From an uncultured Anaerolineales bacterium (GTDB lineage: Bacteria > Chloroflexota > Anaerolineae > CG2-30-64-16): 64,000 bases of DNA. Location: NCBI GenBank assembly GCA_964551735.1, contig CAZKEF010000001.1, positions 118,167-182,166 on the forward strand, written 5' to 3'. A program made the position numbers and the translations under genes. The notes under the pieces were generated by a model. The model was not told the DNA's origin. It worked only from the letters and a program-made list of their open reading frames with translations, and did no database searches. Shown here one piece after another: positions 41,263 through 51,262 of this stretch (position 1 is the first letter of the stretch; each line of letters opens with the position of its first letter).

Positions 41263-41814
41263 ATGCATCCGATGGTTGCAGCCATTCGTTCTTATCGGGA
41301 TTCTGATGCCGAGCGGGTCGGTCAACTCATCGCCGACACCTACAGCAGATATAACCTCTCTTTCGCTTCGGGCGATGAGCTGGGCAAGCTGCTTGGCCCC
41401 TTCCGCCATGCGTGGTCGGACGAGCCGGCCCATCGTGCGGCGGTTGCGCAGGTCATTCGCGCACCAACGGTCCTCGTGGCCGAGGAGGACGGCGAGATCG
41501 TCGGCGTGTTGCGCGGCCGCAAGGAACGGCTGGCCAGCCTGTTCGTGCGGGGCGACCGCCATCGCCAAGGGATCGGCCGGCGGCTGGTGGAGGCGTTCGA
41601 ACAGGCGTCCATCACTGAAGGCGTAACCGTGATCCGGCTCGCCTCAACGCTGTACGCGATCCCATTCTACACCGCCCTGGGCTACCGGCGGACGACCGGG
41701 ATTCGCAACGGCTGGAGCTTCGAGGGCACGGGGTTGAGGTATCAGCCGATGAAGAAGAACCTTCAGGCCAACGCCGTAGGAAGTGCGAATACAGATAACG
41801 GAGGTGAACAGTGA
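41263..41814 (+). CDS. GNAT-family N-acetyltransferase
   Basis: LFVRGDRHRQGIGRRLVEAFE...FYTALGY. GGGAGGA RBS before ATG 41263. Confidence 0.85.
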   Translation: MHPMVAAIRSYRDSDAERVGQLIADTYSRYNLSFASGDELGKLLGPFRHAWSDEPAHRAAVAQVIRAPTVLVAEEDGEIVGVLRGRKERLASLFVRGDRHRQGIGRRLVEAFEQASITEGVTVIRLASTLYAIPFYTALGYRRTTGIRNGWSFEGTGLRYQPMKKNLQANAVGSANTDNGGEQ

Positions 41815-42548
41815 ACGCGTCCTCCATGCTTACCCAGAGGCCCTGGCAACATACAGGCTGGGCACAGGCGCTGGCGATCGGGCTCGGCGTCGCGCCGATC
41901 TACGCGATGACCATTGTGACCCACCTGAACCGGGAGCAGCCCTACAGCCTGGACGACATCCTCTTTTACACTTGTGCGATCGCCGGCCTCGCGCTCGTGT
42001 GGCTGCTCCTGCTGCTGCGTTTCGTCTGCGGCGCGCGCTTCGGCGACCTGAACCTCAAGCGGGCGCGCTGGTGGCAGGACGTGTTGGGCGGCCTTGGCCT
42101 GACCGTGCTCACCTTGAGCGTCCAATACCTCATCGGGCCGGTGATCGGGCGACTCTTGCCGAGCCAGCCGCAGAACGGGCTGGGCGATGTCTTCGCCGGG
42201 CTGGCGCGCGATCCGTGGCGGCTGGCGCTCTTCCTGGGGCCGGGCCTGGCGCTCGGCGCGGCCGGCTTCGAGGAGCTCGTGCGGGTCTTCTTCCTGAGCC
42301 GCTGGTGGCAGATCGCCCCAGAGGCCGCCTGGCGCTGGCTGGGCGTCCTAATCTCAGCGGCGCTGTTCGGCCTGGCGCACCTCTACCAGGGGCCGGCCGG
42401 CATGGTGAACACCGCGCTCAGCGGCCTGATCCTGGCGGTCGTCTATCTGCGGTTCGGCCGGGTCTGGCCCTTGATCATCTCGCACTACCTGCACGATGCG
42501 CTCCAAATCGGGCTGGTGGTCTACCTGATGCGAAGCGGCGCGATGTGA
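41811..42548 (+). CDS. CPBP-family intramembrane metalloprotease
   Basis: Motifs GFEELVRVFFLSRW, FGLAHLYQG and ISHYLHDAL. The GTG start overlaps the GNAT stop (GTGA). Confidence 0.82.
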   Translation: MNASSMLTQRPWQHTGWAQALAIGLGVAPIYAMTIVTHLNREQPYSLDDILFYTCAIAGLALVWLLLLLRFVCGARFGDLNLKRARWWQDVLGGLGLTVLTLSVQYLIGPVIGRLLPSQPQNGLGDVFAGLARDPWRLALFLGPGLALGAAGFEELVRVFFLSRWWQIAPEAAWRWLGVLISAALFGLAHLYQGPAGMVNTALSGLILAVVYLRFGRVWPLIISHYLHDALQIGLVVYLMRSGAM

Positions 42549-42558
42549 AGGAGGTCCC

Positions 42559-43359
42559 ATGAACAACGTACAGGTCTCCACCGGGGAAGCTCAACCAGGT
42601 TTCTTCGACTTTGCGGCCGAGGTCGGCCTGACCAAGCACATCGGCGGCGTGGCGGCCACGGAAGCGCTCGTCGAATTGTGTCACATCGACCAGGGTAGCT
42701 ACGTCCTCGACGTCGGCTGCGGCGCGGGGGCCACGGCCTGCTTCCTGGCGAAACGGGTTGGCTGCCGGGTCGCCGGCGTGGACATCCTGGAGGGGATGGT
42801 TGCGCGATCCAGGGAGCGGGCGGCGCGGGAGCGGGTGGCCGACCGGGTCGAGTTCCGGGTTGCCGACGCCCAAGACCTGCCCTTTGCAGATGGCACGTTC
42901 GACGCGGTCATCACCGAGTCGGTCACCGCCTTCCCGGAGGACAAGCAGCGGGCGGTGGATGAGTACGCGCGGGTGACGAAGCCGGGCGGCTACGTCGGGC
43001 TGAACGAGACCGCCTGGCTGAAGTTCCCCCCGCCGCCGGAGGTGGTCGCCTGGGCGGCGCAAGATGTCGGCGCCAGCGTCAAGCCGCTCACGCCGGACGA
43101 GTGGACCGGGCTGCTGGTGGATGCCGGGCTGCAGGAGATCGTGACGCGGGTCTACGCCGTGGACGTCCGGGACGAGGCGAGGGGCATCGTGCGGCGCTAC
43201 GGCCTGGGCGGGACGCTGCGGGTGATGGGAAGGATGCTGCGCCTCTATGCGAGAAGCCCGGCATACAGGAAGTTCGTGAAGGGCGTCGGTCAGCAGGGGG
43301 TCGTCCCGGCCCACCTTGAGGAGTATTTCGGCTACGGGTTGTTCATCGGGCGGAAATGA
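42559..43359 (+). CDS. class I SAM-dependent methyltransferase
   Basis: Motif I VLDVGCGAGATACFLA and post-I VAGVDI. GAAGGAGG RBS. Confidence 0.88.
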   Translation: MNNVQVSTGEAQPGFFDFAAEVGLTKHIGGVAATEALVELCHIDQGSYVLDVGCGAGATACFLAKRVGCRVAGVDILEGMVARSRERAARERVADRVEFRVADAQDLPFADGTFDAVITESVTAFPEDKQRAVDEYARVTKPGGYVGLNETAWLKFPPPPEVVAWAAQDVGASVKPLTPDEWTGLLVDAGLQEIVTRVYAVDVRDEARGIVRRYGLGGTLRVMGRMLRLYARSPAYRKFVKGVGQQGVVPAHLEEYFGYGLFIGRK

Positions 43360-43368
43360 GGCGGGGAG

Positions 43369-44703
43369 ATGCAGAGAAACAAGCAAGTCGTCCTTGCCAT
43401 CCTGGCCCTCTGCGTTCTCGGTGGCGCATTAATTCTCGCCATAGTTCTGGCCTTTCCCTTGATGCGCAAGGAGTCTGATATGCCAACAGAGAACCCGCCC
43501 GAGGTGATGGGGCAGAGCGAGCAGGCGAGCCTGCCGGCGTCTGCCGGGACAGACGAGCGCATCACCCAGGTAGAAAACGGCCTTATCTGCATGTCTGCAG
43601 ACGGTCAGCCGCAGTGGGGCTGCACCGCGACGCTGGCAGAACGCATGGGGCACACCCGGGCGCCGGGAGTGAGCATCGCGGTGATTGATGCGTACCAACT
43701 CGCCTGGGTCAAAGGCTATGGGGTGGCCGCGGCCGGCGGGGATGAGCCGGTAACGGTGCAAACCCTGTTTCACGCCGGGTCCGTCGCGAAGTCGGTTTCG
43801 GCGGCGGCCGTCCTCACCCTGGTGGAGCGAGACCTCTTGCGCCTGGACGACGATGTGAACGGCGGCCTCAGGTCCTGGCAAGTCTCGGAAAACGAAAACA
43901 CAGCGACCGAAAAGGTCACGCTGCGCCGGTTACTGAGCCACTCTGCCGGCCTGAAAGATGGGCTGACCGACCGCGGCCCGGATGAGCCCATGCCGGCGTA
44001 CGTTACCTTTGGAGACGAGGCGCCCACCGCAACCCTCCAACAGCTTCTGGAAGGCATGCCGGAGGACGGCATCGAACCGACCCGCGTGATCGCCGCGCCG
44101 GGAACGCAGTACCGCTATACCAATGCCGATTACGCGATCCTGGAGCTGTTGGTCGAGGACCGCCTAGGCCAGCCTTTCGACGATTTCGTCCAGGCCGCTG
44201 CCTTGGATCGCTTGGGGATGGCCATGAGCAGCTATCATCAGCCTCTGCCCCAGGCCCTGCGCCAGCTCTCGGCCAGCGAGCACACTCTGGATGGGCAGCC
44301 GATGACAGGCGGTCGGGCCAACTTCCCCTTCCATGCCGCCGGCAGTTTGTGGACCACACCGGGCGATCTGGCGCTTTTCATCATTGACCTGATGAGAGCC
44401 TACCAGGGGGAGGTTGGCCATCTCCTGTCGCCGAGCATGGCTCGGGAGATGCTGTCACCGCAGATCGCGATCCTCGATAGCCCCCTCAGCGACGCCTACG
44501 GCTTGGGGGTGGAGCTGCAGAACACCAGCGGAGGGCCCAAAGCCTGGCATTCCGGGGGCACCTGGGGTTCGTGCAGCATCGTCTGGTTTTATCCGCAGCT
44601 TGGGCAGGGCGCTGTCGTGATGGTCAACAGCGCCAGTGGCAACTTACTGCGCTTCGAGATACTGCTGAGCATCGCTGCGGTGTATGGTTGGCCGATGGGT
44701 TGA
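43369..44703 (+). CDS. beta-lactamase-fold serine hydrolase (class C/PBP4*-like) with an N-terminal membrane anchor
   Basis: SxxK motif HAGSVAKS and YxN-like YTNADY. Confidence 0.82.
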   Translation: MQRNKQVVLAILALCVLGGALILAIVLAFPLMRKESDMPTENPPEVMGQSEQASLPASAGTDERITQVENGLICMSADGQPQWGCTATLAERMGHTRAPGVSIAVIDAYQLAWVKGYGVAAAGGDEPVTVQTLFHAGSVAKSVSAAAVLTLVERDLLRLDDDVNGGLRSWQVSENENTATEKVTLRRLLSHSAGLKDGLTDRGPDEPMPAYVTFGDEAPTATLQQLLEGMPEDGIEPTRVIAAPGTQYRYTNADYAILELLVEDRLGQPFDDFVQAAALDRLGMAMSSYHQPLPQALRQLSASEHTLDGQPMTGGRANFPFHAAGSLWTTPGDLALFIIDLMRAYQGEVGHLLSPSMAREMLSPQIAILDSPLSDAYGLGVELQNTSGGPKAWHSGGTWGSCSIVWFYPQLGQGAVVMVNSASGNLLRFEILLSIAAVYGWPMG

Positions 44704-44846
44704 TGACACCGGAGCCTGTTTCTGTCGGTCGCGATGTTCGCCAATCCATGAAGTATGGCGTTCCAGGGGATGAGTGGAAGAAACTGCCCCCCAACCACCC
44801 GGCAGTGCACCGGGAACTGACCTGCCAGTGAAGGAGGTTAGATCGC

Positions 44847-45296
44847 ATGAACAACAGAACTATCCTTCCCCCAACCTACCTGTGGGCTGCCATGATCCTG
44901 ATGGTGGCGCTTCACTTCGTGGTCCCGGTCATCAGGCTGATCACCTTTCCCTGGCAGTTGGTCGGCCTGCTGCCCCTGGTCCTGGGCGCGGCGCTGAACC
45001 TCGTCGCCGACAAGGCCTTTCGCGACGCCAAGACCACGGTCAAGCCCTTCCAGGAATCGACCGCCCTGGTGACGACCGGCGCTTACCGGCTCTCCCGGCA
45101 CCCAATGTACCTGGGTTTCGTGCTGATCCTGCTCGGCCTTGCCGTTTTGCTGGGCTCCTTGACGCCGTCTCTGGTCATTCCACCCTTTGCACTGCTGATG
45201 GACCGGGCCTTCATTGTGGTCGAGGAAGGGATGCTGGCGCAGAAGTTCGGCCAGGCCTGGCTGGACTACAAACAGCGGATAAGGCGTTGGGTATAG
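44847..45296 (+). CDS. ICMT/PEMT-family membrane methyltransferase (short form)
   Basis: TTGAYRLSRHPMYLGF...VEEGMLAQKFGQAWLDYKQRIRRWV. GAAGGAGG RBS. Confidence 0.8.
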   Translation: MNNRTILPPTYLWAAMILMVALHFVVPVIRLITFPWQLVGLLPLVLGAALNLVADKAFRDAKTTVKPFQESTALVTTGAYRLSRHPMYLGFVLILLGLAVLLGSLTPSLVIPPFALLMDRAFIVVEEGMLAQKFGQAWLDYKQRIRRWV

Positions 45297-45329
45297 AGGC
45301 GTAGCCCAGGCACGAAGGGAGTTCTCCAC

Positions 45330-45533
45330 ATGTACAACAAAACACTCATCAACGGTCTGGTTATCCTATGCGCCGGGCTGTTGGCGTCCAGCGCATCCTC
45401 GTTCCTGGAGCGCTTCGCCATCTTGGGAACCGCGACCGAGTTCGCCAGGGGGTTTCTCGATGGACTTGCGGTCGTGGCCTTCGGTATCGCTATCTTCGTA
45501 CTGGCGCGCAATCGGCGTGTCGTGAAGGAGTAA
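45330..45533 (+). CDS. hypothetical 2-TM small membrane protein (67 aa)
   Basis: GGGAG RBS. Tightly packed between the ICMT and ABC genes. Confidence 0.5.
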   Translation: MYNKTLINGLVILCAGLLASSASSFLERFAILGTATEFARGFLDGLAVVAFGIAIFVLARNRRVVKE

Positions 45534-45537
45534 CGTT

Positions 45538-46449
45538 ATGCCCCCGATCATCGAAATCCGCAACCTGCGCAAGACCTACGGCAGCGTCCTCGCCGCGGAC
45601 GACATCAGCTTGGAGGTGCAGCCCGGCGAGATCTTCGGGCTGTTGGGCCCGAACGGCGCGGGCAAGACCACCACGCTGGAATGCCTGGAAGGAATCCGCC
45701 AGCCCGATCGCGGGGACCTGGCCGTCCAGGGCGTGGACCCGACGCGGCAGCCCCGCAAGCTGCGCCAGTTGATCGGCGTACAGCTCCAGACCGGCGGCCT
45801 GCCGGACGCGATGACGGTGGACGAGGCGATGCGCTTCTTCGCCGCGTATCACGGCGTGGCCCCGCGGCGCGATCTGCTGGTGCGGATGGGGCTGGGCGAC
45901 AAGTTGGGCGCGCAATATCACCAACTCTCCATCGGGCTGCGCCGCCGGCTGGCGTTGGCGCTGGCCATCGCCCACGACCCGCCCGTCGTGATCCTGGACG
46001 AGCCGACCGCGGGCCTGGATGTGGCCTCGCGCACCGAGCTGCATGCGCTCATGGCCGAGCTGCGCGCGGGCGGCACCGCCATCCTGCTCGCCACTCACGA
46101 CATGGCCGAGGCGGAGAAGCTGGCCGACCGCGTCGCGATCCTGCTGGCTGGCCGGATCGTCGCGGCCGGCTCCCCGCGCGAGCTGACCGCGGCCGGCGCG
46201 GGCCTCACGAAGGTCTCGGTCCGTTCGGAGGAAGCGCTGCTCCTGGCTGAGGACGGCCGTTTCCCGGCCGTGCAGCAGCGGACGGTCAAGGAAGATTACG
46301 CCATCTACTTCAGCACGGATCCCGGCCCGACGGTGGCCGCGATCCTGGATTATCTGGCCGACCACGCCGACCGGCTGATTGACCTGCGCGTCGAACGGCC
46401 CTCGCTGGAGGAACGGTTCCTGGAAATCACCACGGGAGGCCCCCGATGA
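45538..46449 (+). CDS. ABC transporter ATP-binding protein (ABC-2 type)
   Basis: Walker A GPNGAGKTT, Walker B VVILDEPT and H-loop ATHDMAEA. Confidence 0.92.
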   Translation: MPPIIEIRNLRKTYGSVLAADDISLEVQPGEIFGLLGPNGAGKTTTLECLEGIRQPDRGDLAVQGVDPTRQPRKLRQLIGVQLQTGGLPDAMTVDEAMRFFAAYHGVAPRRDLLVRMGLGDKLGAQYHQLSIGLRRRLALALAIAHDPPVVILDEPTAGLDVASRTELHALMAELRAGGTAILLATHDMAEAEKLADRVAILLAGRIVAAGSPRELTAAGAGLTKVSVRSEEALLLAEDGRFPAVQQRTVKEDYAIYFSTDPGPTVAAILDYLADHADRLIDLRVERPSLEERFLEITTGGPR

Positions 46450-47255
46450 ACGCTTACCTGGCTCACTTCACCTTCGAGTTCAAGACCGGCCTGCGCAACG
46501 CGACGCTGCTGATGATGAACTACCTGTTCCCGCTGGGCTTCTACGTCCTGATGGGGCTGGTGATGACGCAGGTCAACCCCGCCTTCCGCGAGACCATGAT
46601 CCCGGCGCTGGTCATCTTCATTGCGCTGGCGAGCACCGTGCTGGGCCTGCCCGCGCCCCTGGTGGAGCAGCGCGAGGCGGGCATCTTCCGCACCTACAAG
46701 ATCAACGGCGTGCCCGCGCCCGCCATCCTGGTCATCCCCAGCCTGAGCACCATGTTTCACGCGGTGATCGCGTCGGCTATCATGGCCGCAACGGCCGGGC
46801 CGCTCTTCGGCGCCAGCCTGCCGGCCGACTGGGGCATGTTCATCCTGATCAGCCTGCTCACCATCGCCGCGTTCGCCAGCCTGGGCGCGCTGATCGGCGT
46901 GGCCTCGGCCAGCTCGCGCGCCACGGTGCTCTGGTCGCAGCTCATCTTCCTGCCGGCCATGCTCATCGGCGGGCTGATGATGCCGATCAGCTTCATCCCT
47001 GAAACGCTGCGCCCCCTCTCGGCGCTGCTGCCGCCGGCGCACGCCATGCAGGCGCTGGTCGGGCTGGCCTACGGGCAGGAAACAGTGTGGAATCCGGCCG
47101 TCTCGGCCGCGATCCTGCTGGCGACCGCGCTCCTGGGGTTCGGGCTGGCGGTCTATCTCTTCGATTGGGATCGCGTTAACCGGGCGCGCCGCGGCCATCC
47201 GGCGCTGGCGCTGCTGGTGCTCGTGCCGTATGTCGTGGGGATGTTCCTGGGTTAA
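46446..47255 (+). CDS. ABC-2 family permease
   Basis: ATGA overlap with the ATPase gene and a 6-TM profile. Confidence 0.85.
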   Translation: MNAYLAHFTFEFKTGLRNATLLMMNYLFPLGFYVLMGLVMTQVNPAFRETMIPALVIFIALASTVLGLPAPLVEQREAGIFRTYKINGVPAPAILVIPSLSTMFHAVIASAIMAATAGPLFGASLPADWGMFILISLLTIAAFASLGALIGVASASSRATVLWSQLIFLPAMLIGGLMMPISFIPETLRPLSALLPPAHAMQALVGLAYGQETVWNPAVSAAILLATALLGFGLAVYLFDWDRVNRARRGHPALALLVLVPYVVGMFLG

Positions 47256-47282
47256 CCCATTAAGGAAAACAGGAGGACTGCC

Positions 47283-47456
47283 ATGAAATACCGGGTTCAC
47301 CGCTTCGAGCTGAAGATGACAGCCGACCAGGCGAAACTGGAGCAGTTCCTGAACAATCTGGAGGGCGAGATCATAGCGATCATACCCAATGTCTCAATGT
47401 GGTTCATGTGGATCCACCGGGTGGACTTCGTGCTCATCGTCGAAAAAGTGAAGTGA
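47283..47456 (+). CDS. hypothetical small protein (57 aa, below the ORF-track cutoff)
   Basis: My own translation is MKYRVHRFELKMTADQAKLEQFLNNLEGEIIAIIPNVSMWFMWIHRVDFVLIVEKVK. Strong AGGAGGA RBS, 6 nt before ATG 47283. Confidence 0.5.
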   Translation: MKYRVHRFELKMTADQAKLEQFLNNLEGEIIAIIPNVSMWFMWIHRVDFVLIVEKVK

Positions 47457-47470
47457 GCGCGTACGGTTCC

Positions 47471-48733
47471 ATGTCAAAACGTGCCAGATTCCTGACCGGC
47501 GTTGTGGGTGGGCTGGCGCTCGGGGCCGCGGCCGGTTGGCTGGTTGGCCGCCTGGTGCGATCCGACAACGCGCCGTTCTTCGTCGCGCTCGTCGCGCTGG
47601 CGGGGCTGTGCGGCGGCCTGGCCTGGGCCAGGGTTTTGCGGCCGCTCGTGCTCGGGGCCATCGCGTTGCTGAGCCTGCTGCTGGCGGTCGTGTTCACGCC
47701 GCCGCGCGCGCCGATCCAGGCCCCTGCTCGGCTGCCAACCGCGGCCGCCTCACCCACGCCGCGGGCCGATGGCCTGACCGCCGACCAGGCCGCGACGTTG
47801 GAGAGCCTGCGGAAAGTGGATGACTATCCGCTCTATACAATGAGATACGCGCGCGGCGCCGGCCCGCCGGTGGCTGGAAGCCGACCGGCTGATAAGACGA
47901 AAGCCGGTTGGAAACCGGCTCAATGGCGGGACGCGGCCGATCTCGCATGGGCCTGCTCTCTCTTCGCCGCGCTGGGCGATGCCGAGGAGCGGCTCTTCGG
48001 CCGGAACTTCGATTGGCGCTACAGCCCCGGCCTGTTGCTCTTCACTGACCGGCCGGCCGCGGGCGGCTACGCGTCGGTCTCGCTGGTGGATCTCGCGTAC
48101 TTCGGCTTCGGCGACGAGGTCAAAGACCTGACGGCGCTGCCGCTGGCCGAGCGCAGGCCGCTGCTCGAGGCGCCCAGCTGGCCCTTCGACGGCATGAACG
48201 AAGCGGGCGTGGCCGTGGCCATGGCCGCCGTGCCCCAAGCCGACGAGCGCCGCGATCCCGGCAAGCCGAGCATTGACTCGCTGGCCGTGATGCGCGAGAT
48301 TCTCGACCGCGCAGGCGACGTGGATGAGGCGGTCGCGATCCTGAAGGAATATAATGTCACCTGGGAGGGCGGCCCGGCGCTCCACTACCTGGTGGCCGAC
48401 CGCGCAGGCCGCGCCGCGCTGATTGAGTTCTACGGTGGGGAGATCGTCCTCCTGCCGAACGCCGGCCCCTGGCACGCGGCTACCAACTTCACGCGCAGCG
48501 CGGTCGCAGGGGACGCCGCGGGCCAGTGTCCGCGTTACGACACCCTTGTCAGGCAGTTGAGGGACACGAACGGCGCGCTCGACCCAAGCGACGCGCTGGA
48601 TCTCCTCCAGGCCGTGGCGCAGACCGACAGCACGCAGTGGTCGGTGGTCTATGGGCTGAGCAACGGGCAGGTGGAGGTGGTGATGGGACGGAAGTACGCT
48701 CGGGTGCACACGTTCCAACTCAGGGAGCGCTGA
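47471..48733 (+). CDS. C45/Ntn-hydrolase family protein (acyl-CoA:6-APA acyltransferase / choloylglycine hydrolase-like) with an N-terminal 2-3 TM anchor
   Basis: ..DDYPLYTMRY...WACSLFAALG..RLFGRNFDWRY (nucleophile Cys plus the GRNFDW motif). ATG 47471. Confidence 0.75.
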   Translation: MSKRARFLTGVVGGLALGAAAGWLVGRLVRSDNAPFFVALVALAGLCGGLAWARVLRPLVLGAIALLSLLLAVVFTPPRAPIQAPARLPTAAASPTPRADGLTADQAATLESLRKVDDYPLYTMRYARGAGPPVAGSRPADKTKAGWKPAQWRDAADLAWACSLFAALGDAEERLFGRNFDWRYSPGLLLFTDRPAAGGYASVSLVDLAYFGFGDEVKDLTALPLAERRPLLEAPSWPFDGMNEAGVAVAMAAVPQADERRDPGKPSIDSLAVMREILDRAGDVDEAVAILKEYNVTWEGGPALHYLVADRAGRAALIEFYGGEIVLLPNAGPWHAATNFTRSAVAGDAAGQCPRYDTLVRQLRDTNGALDPSDALDLLQAVAQTDSTQWSVVYGLSNGQVEVVMGRKYARVHTFQLRER

Positions 48734-48737
48734 CACG

Positions 48738-49292
48738 ATGGCCACATTGCAGCTCGGCATCTTCATCCTCGCTACGGCGGGGATTGTCTACGTATCGCGC
48801 GCATCGCTACGGCAGCCGAGATCACACGGCTTCTATCGCTTCTGGGCCTGGGAGGCGATCCTGGCGCTCGCCATGCTGAATCTGCCAGTCTGGTTTCACG
48901 AGCCGCTGGCCTGGCATCAGATCATCTCGTGGCTGCTGCTGATGCTCTGTCTCGTCCCATTGGCACTCGGCGTCCAACTGCTGCGCAAGGTCAAGCGCGA
49001 GCGCGTGGAGCGGTCGGATGTCGCGCTTCTGGATTTCGAGAAGACGGCCGAGCTGGTGACGACCGGCGTCTTCCTCTACATCCGACACCCGATGTACAGC
49101 TCGCTGCTGCTGCTGGCGTGGGGCGTCTTTTTCAAGGCGCCGTCATGGTCAGGCTTCGTACTGGCTGCGGCCGCTACCGGCTTCCTGGTGGCGACCGCCA
49201 AGGCCGAGGAGCGGGAGAACGTTTGCTTCTTCGGGCCGAGCTATGAAAGCTACATCAAACAGACGCGGATGTTCATACCTTTCGTACTTTAG
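48738..49292 (+). CDS. ICMT/PEMT-family membrane methyltransferase
   Basis: TTGVFLYIRHPMYSS...AKAEERENVCFFGPSYESYIKQTRMFIPFVL. Confidence 0.8.
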   Translation: MATLQLGIFILATAGIVYVSRASLRQPRSHGFYRFWAWEAILALAMLNLPVWFHEPLAWHQIISWLLLMLCLVPLALGVQLLRKVKRERVERSDVALLDFEKTAELVTTGVFLYIRHPMYSSLLLLAWGVFFKAPSWSGFVLAAAATGFLVATAKAEERENVCFFGPSYESYIKQTRMFIPFVL

Positions 49293-49376
49293 GAGGACCG
49301 GACGTTGCAGGCCGAGCTGCCAGGCTACGCAGCATACACGCGGCGGACGCGCTATCGGCTGCTGCCGGGGATGTAG
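49293..49376 (+). pseudogene. orphan C-terminal remnant of another ICMT paralogue, in frame directly behind the TAG stop of 48738..49292
   Basis: Translates to EDRTLQAELPGYAAYTRRTRYRLLPGM*. This matches the tails LEDRTLQRELDGYRAYAARVRYRLLPGVW* (39438..40151) and LEDRTLRAERLGYAAYAERTRWRLLPGVW* (54327..55081). Confidence 0.75.
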
Positions 49377-49407
49377 TAGGACATATGGATTTCCGGGAGA
49401 TAACATC

Positions 49408-51183
49408 ATGGTCGCGCGGTACACGAAAATCATGCTGATCCTGCTGCTGTTGGGCGGGTGCCGCCCCGCAGCAACGCCAGTGGCGCCAGGCGTATCGCCG
49501 GCCGCGCCAACTGCGGCCACCACAATGATGGCAAGCCAGGCTGTGTTACCGTTGCGATCCGGCGGCTTGCTGAACGGGTTTGACTTCGCCGGGCCGCTAG
49601 ACGAGGCCGAACTTACGCCGCCGCAGGGCGCCGCCCTCCCCAGCCACATCTTCGAGGGCCGGTTGGAGCTGCTGGGGGAAAAGGATGGCGGCCGGATGGA
49701 GATGCTGCGCGGCGAGCTGGATCCGGATTACGCCTATCTGCCCGAGTTCGATTTCGAATTCGTGCAACACAACGGCTATCTGATCCCTGTTCGGCGCGGC
49801 CTGATCATCGCCGATCATCCGCTTTGGAATCTTCACCTCGAGCCTGGGCGCGCCTGGCAAGAGGCCGCCGATGGGGGTTTCTCACGCGCCTCGCTTCCTT
49901 TTGCCCTGACGGTCAAGGGCGGCAATGCCACCTTCAATGGCGCCCTGACTTTCCTGTTCGATGACCAGCGCGTCTCGCAGGTCTGGTATCAGGTGACCCA
50001 GGAGACCACCTCCTATACCAGCGCTAACTTGTGGGGGCTGCTCGATGCGATCTATCATCCGGGGCCAGTAGCCGGGGCGGAGCAGGTGCGGGCCGATTTC
50101 GCCGCTGAGCTGGCCTCCCGCCTGCCGGTCAAGCCGATCCAGGCGCTCGCCGAGGACTACCCTGGCGTAGATGTCTCTGCCTTCGGGCGCGGCGTCATGC
50201 CCGAACACATGACCTGGTACGGCGTCGTGGTGAACGGCGTCAATTACCTCGGCGGTTGCCAGACCCGCTTTGGGACCTATCCCTACTGCGAATCTATGCG
50301 CGTCACCTCCTACTCTACCGCCAAGTCGGCCTTTGTCAGCGTGGCATTGCTGCGCCTGGCGCAGAAATATGGCCCGGAGGTGGCGACCCTGCTGATCAAG
50401 GACTACGTCCCCGAATATGTCGCCAGCCCCGGCGATTGGGAGCGCGTCACCTTCAACCATGCGTTGGATATGGCCACCGGCAATTATGTCTCGGCAGGTT
50501 TTATGACCGACGATACCAGCGAGGCAATGGGCGAGTTTTTCGGCGCACAGCCCTACCGCAAGCGGATCGCCGCTGCATTCAGCGCGCCGCACGTCGCCGC
50601 GCCTGGCGCCCGCTGGGTCTACCGCACCAGCGACACCTTCATCCTCACCCGCGCCCTGCACAACTATCTGCAAACCCAAGAAGGCCCGGAGGCGGACATC
50701 TTCCAGTTCGTGGTGGACGAAGTTTACCGCCCACTGGGTCTCGGCCCCGGCGCGCACACCACCATGCGCACCGCCGACGACGGCTGGCAGGGGCAGGCCG
50801 AGGGTGGCTACGGCGCCTGGTGGATTCCCGACGACATCGCCAAACTTGCCCTGCTGTTGAACAACAACGGCGGCAGAATCAACGGCGCACAAGTCCTGCA
50901 TCCTGACCTGCTGGCTGCGACGTTGCAGCACGACCCCGCCGACCGTGGAGTCAGGATTGACAGCCGGCGGATGTACAATAACGCATTTTGGGCCGACCGC
51001 TACACGCCGGCCGTTGGCTTCGACTGCGAATTCTGGGTCACGGAGATGCAGGGTGTCAGCGGCAACGTGGTCGCGCTGTTCCCCAACGGGGTCACCTATT
51101 ACTACTTCAGCGACAACAAGGAGTTTACGTGGGAGGCGGCGCTGCGTGAGACGGACAAGATCGTCCCTTTGTGTCCGCCGTGA
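49408..51183 (+). CDS. lipoprotein with a beta-lactamase-fold serine hydrolase domain
   Basis: Lipobox LLLLGGC at the N-terminus and SxxK motif YSTAKSAF. ATG 49408. Confidence 0.75.
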   Translation: MVARYTKIMLILLLLGGCRPAATPVAPGVSPAAPTAATTMMASQAVLPLRSGGLLNGFDFAGPLDEAELTPPQGAALPSHIFEGRLELLGEKDGGRMEMLRGELDPDYAYLPEFDFEFVQHNGYLIPVRRGLIIADHPLWNLHLEPGRAWQEAADGGFSRASLPFALTVKGGNATFNGALTFLFDDQRVSQVWYQVTQETTSYTSANLWGLLDAIYHPGPVAGAEQVRADFAAELASRLPVKPIQALAEDYPGVDVSAFGRGVMPEHMTWYGVVVNGVNYLGGCQTRFGTYPYCESMRVTSYSTAKSAFVSVALLRLAQKYGPEVATLLIKDYVPEYVASPGDWERVTFNHALDMATGNYVSAGFMTDDTSEAMGEFFGAQPYRKRIAAAFSAPHVAAPGARWVYRTSDTFILTRALHNYLQTQEGPEADIFQFVVDEVYRPLGLGPGAHTTMRTADDGWQGQAEGGYGAWWIPDDIAKLALLLNNNGGRINGAQVLHPDLLAATLQHDPADRGVRIDSRRMYNNAFWADRYTPAVGFDCEFWVTEMQGVSGNVVALFPNGVTYYYFSDNKEFTWEAALRETDKIVPLCPP

Positions 51184-51262
51184 TCGTTTCAGGATGTTGA
51201 TGGGTGGCAGTTCTCGAATCGGGGAGAACTGGCTGAGATCTTCACCGCCGAGGGGAAAGGAG

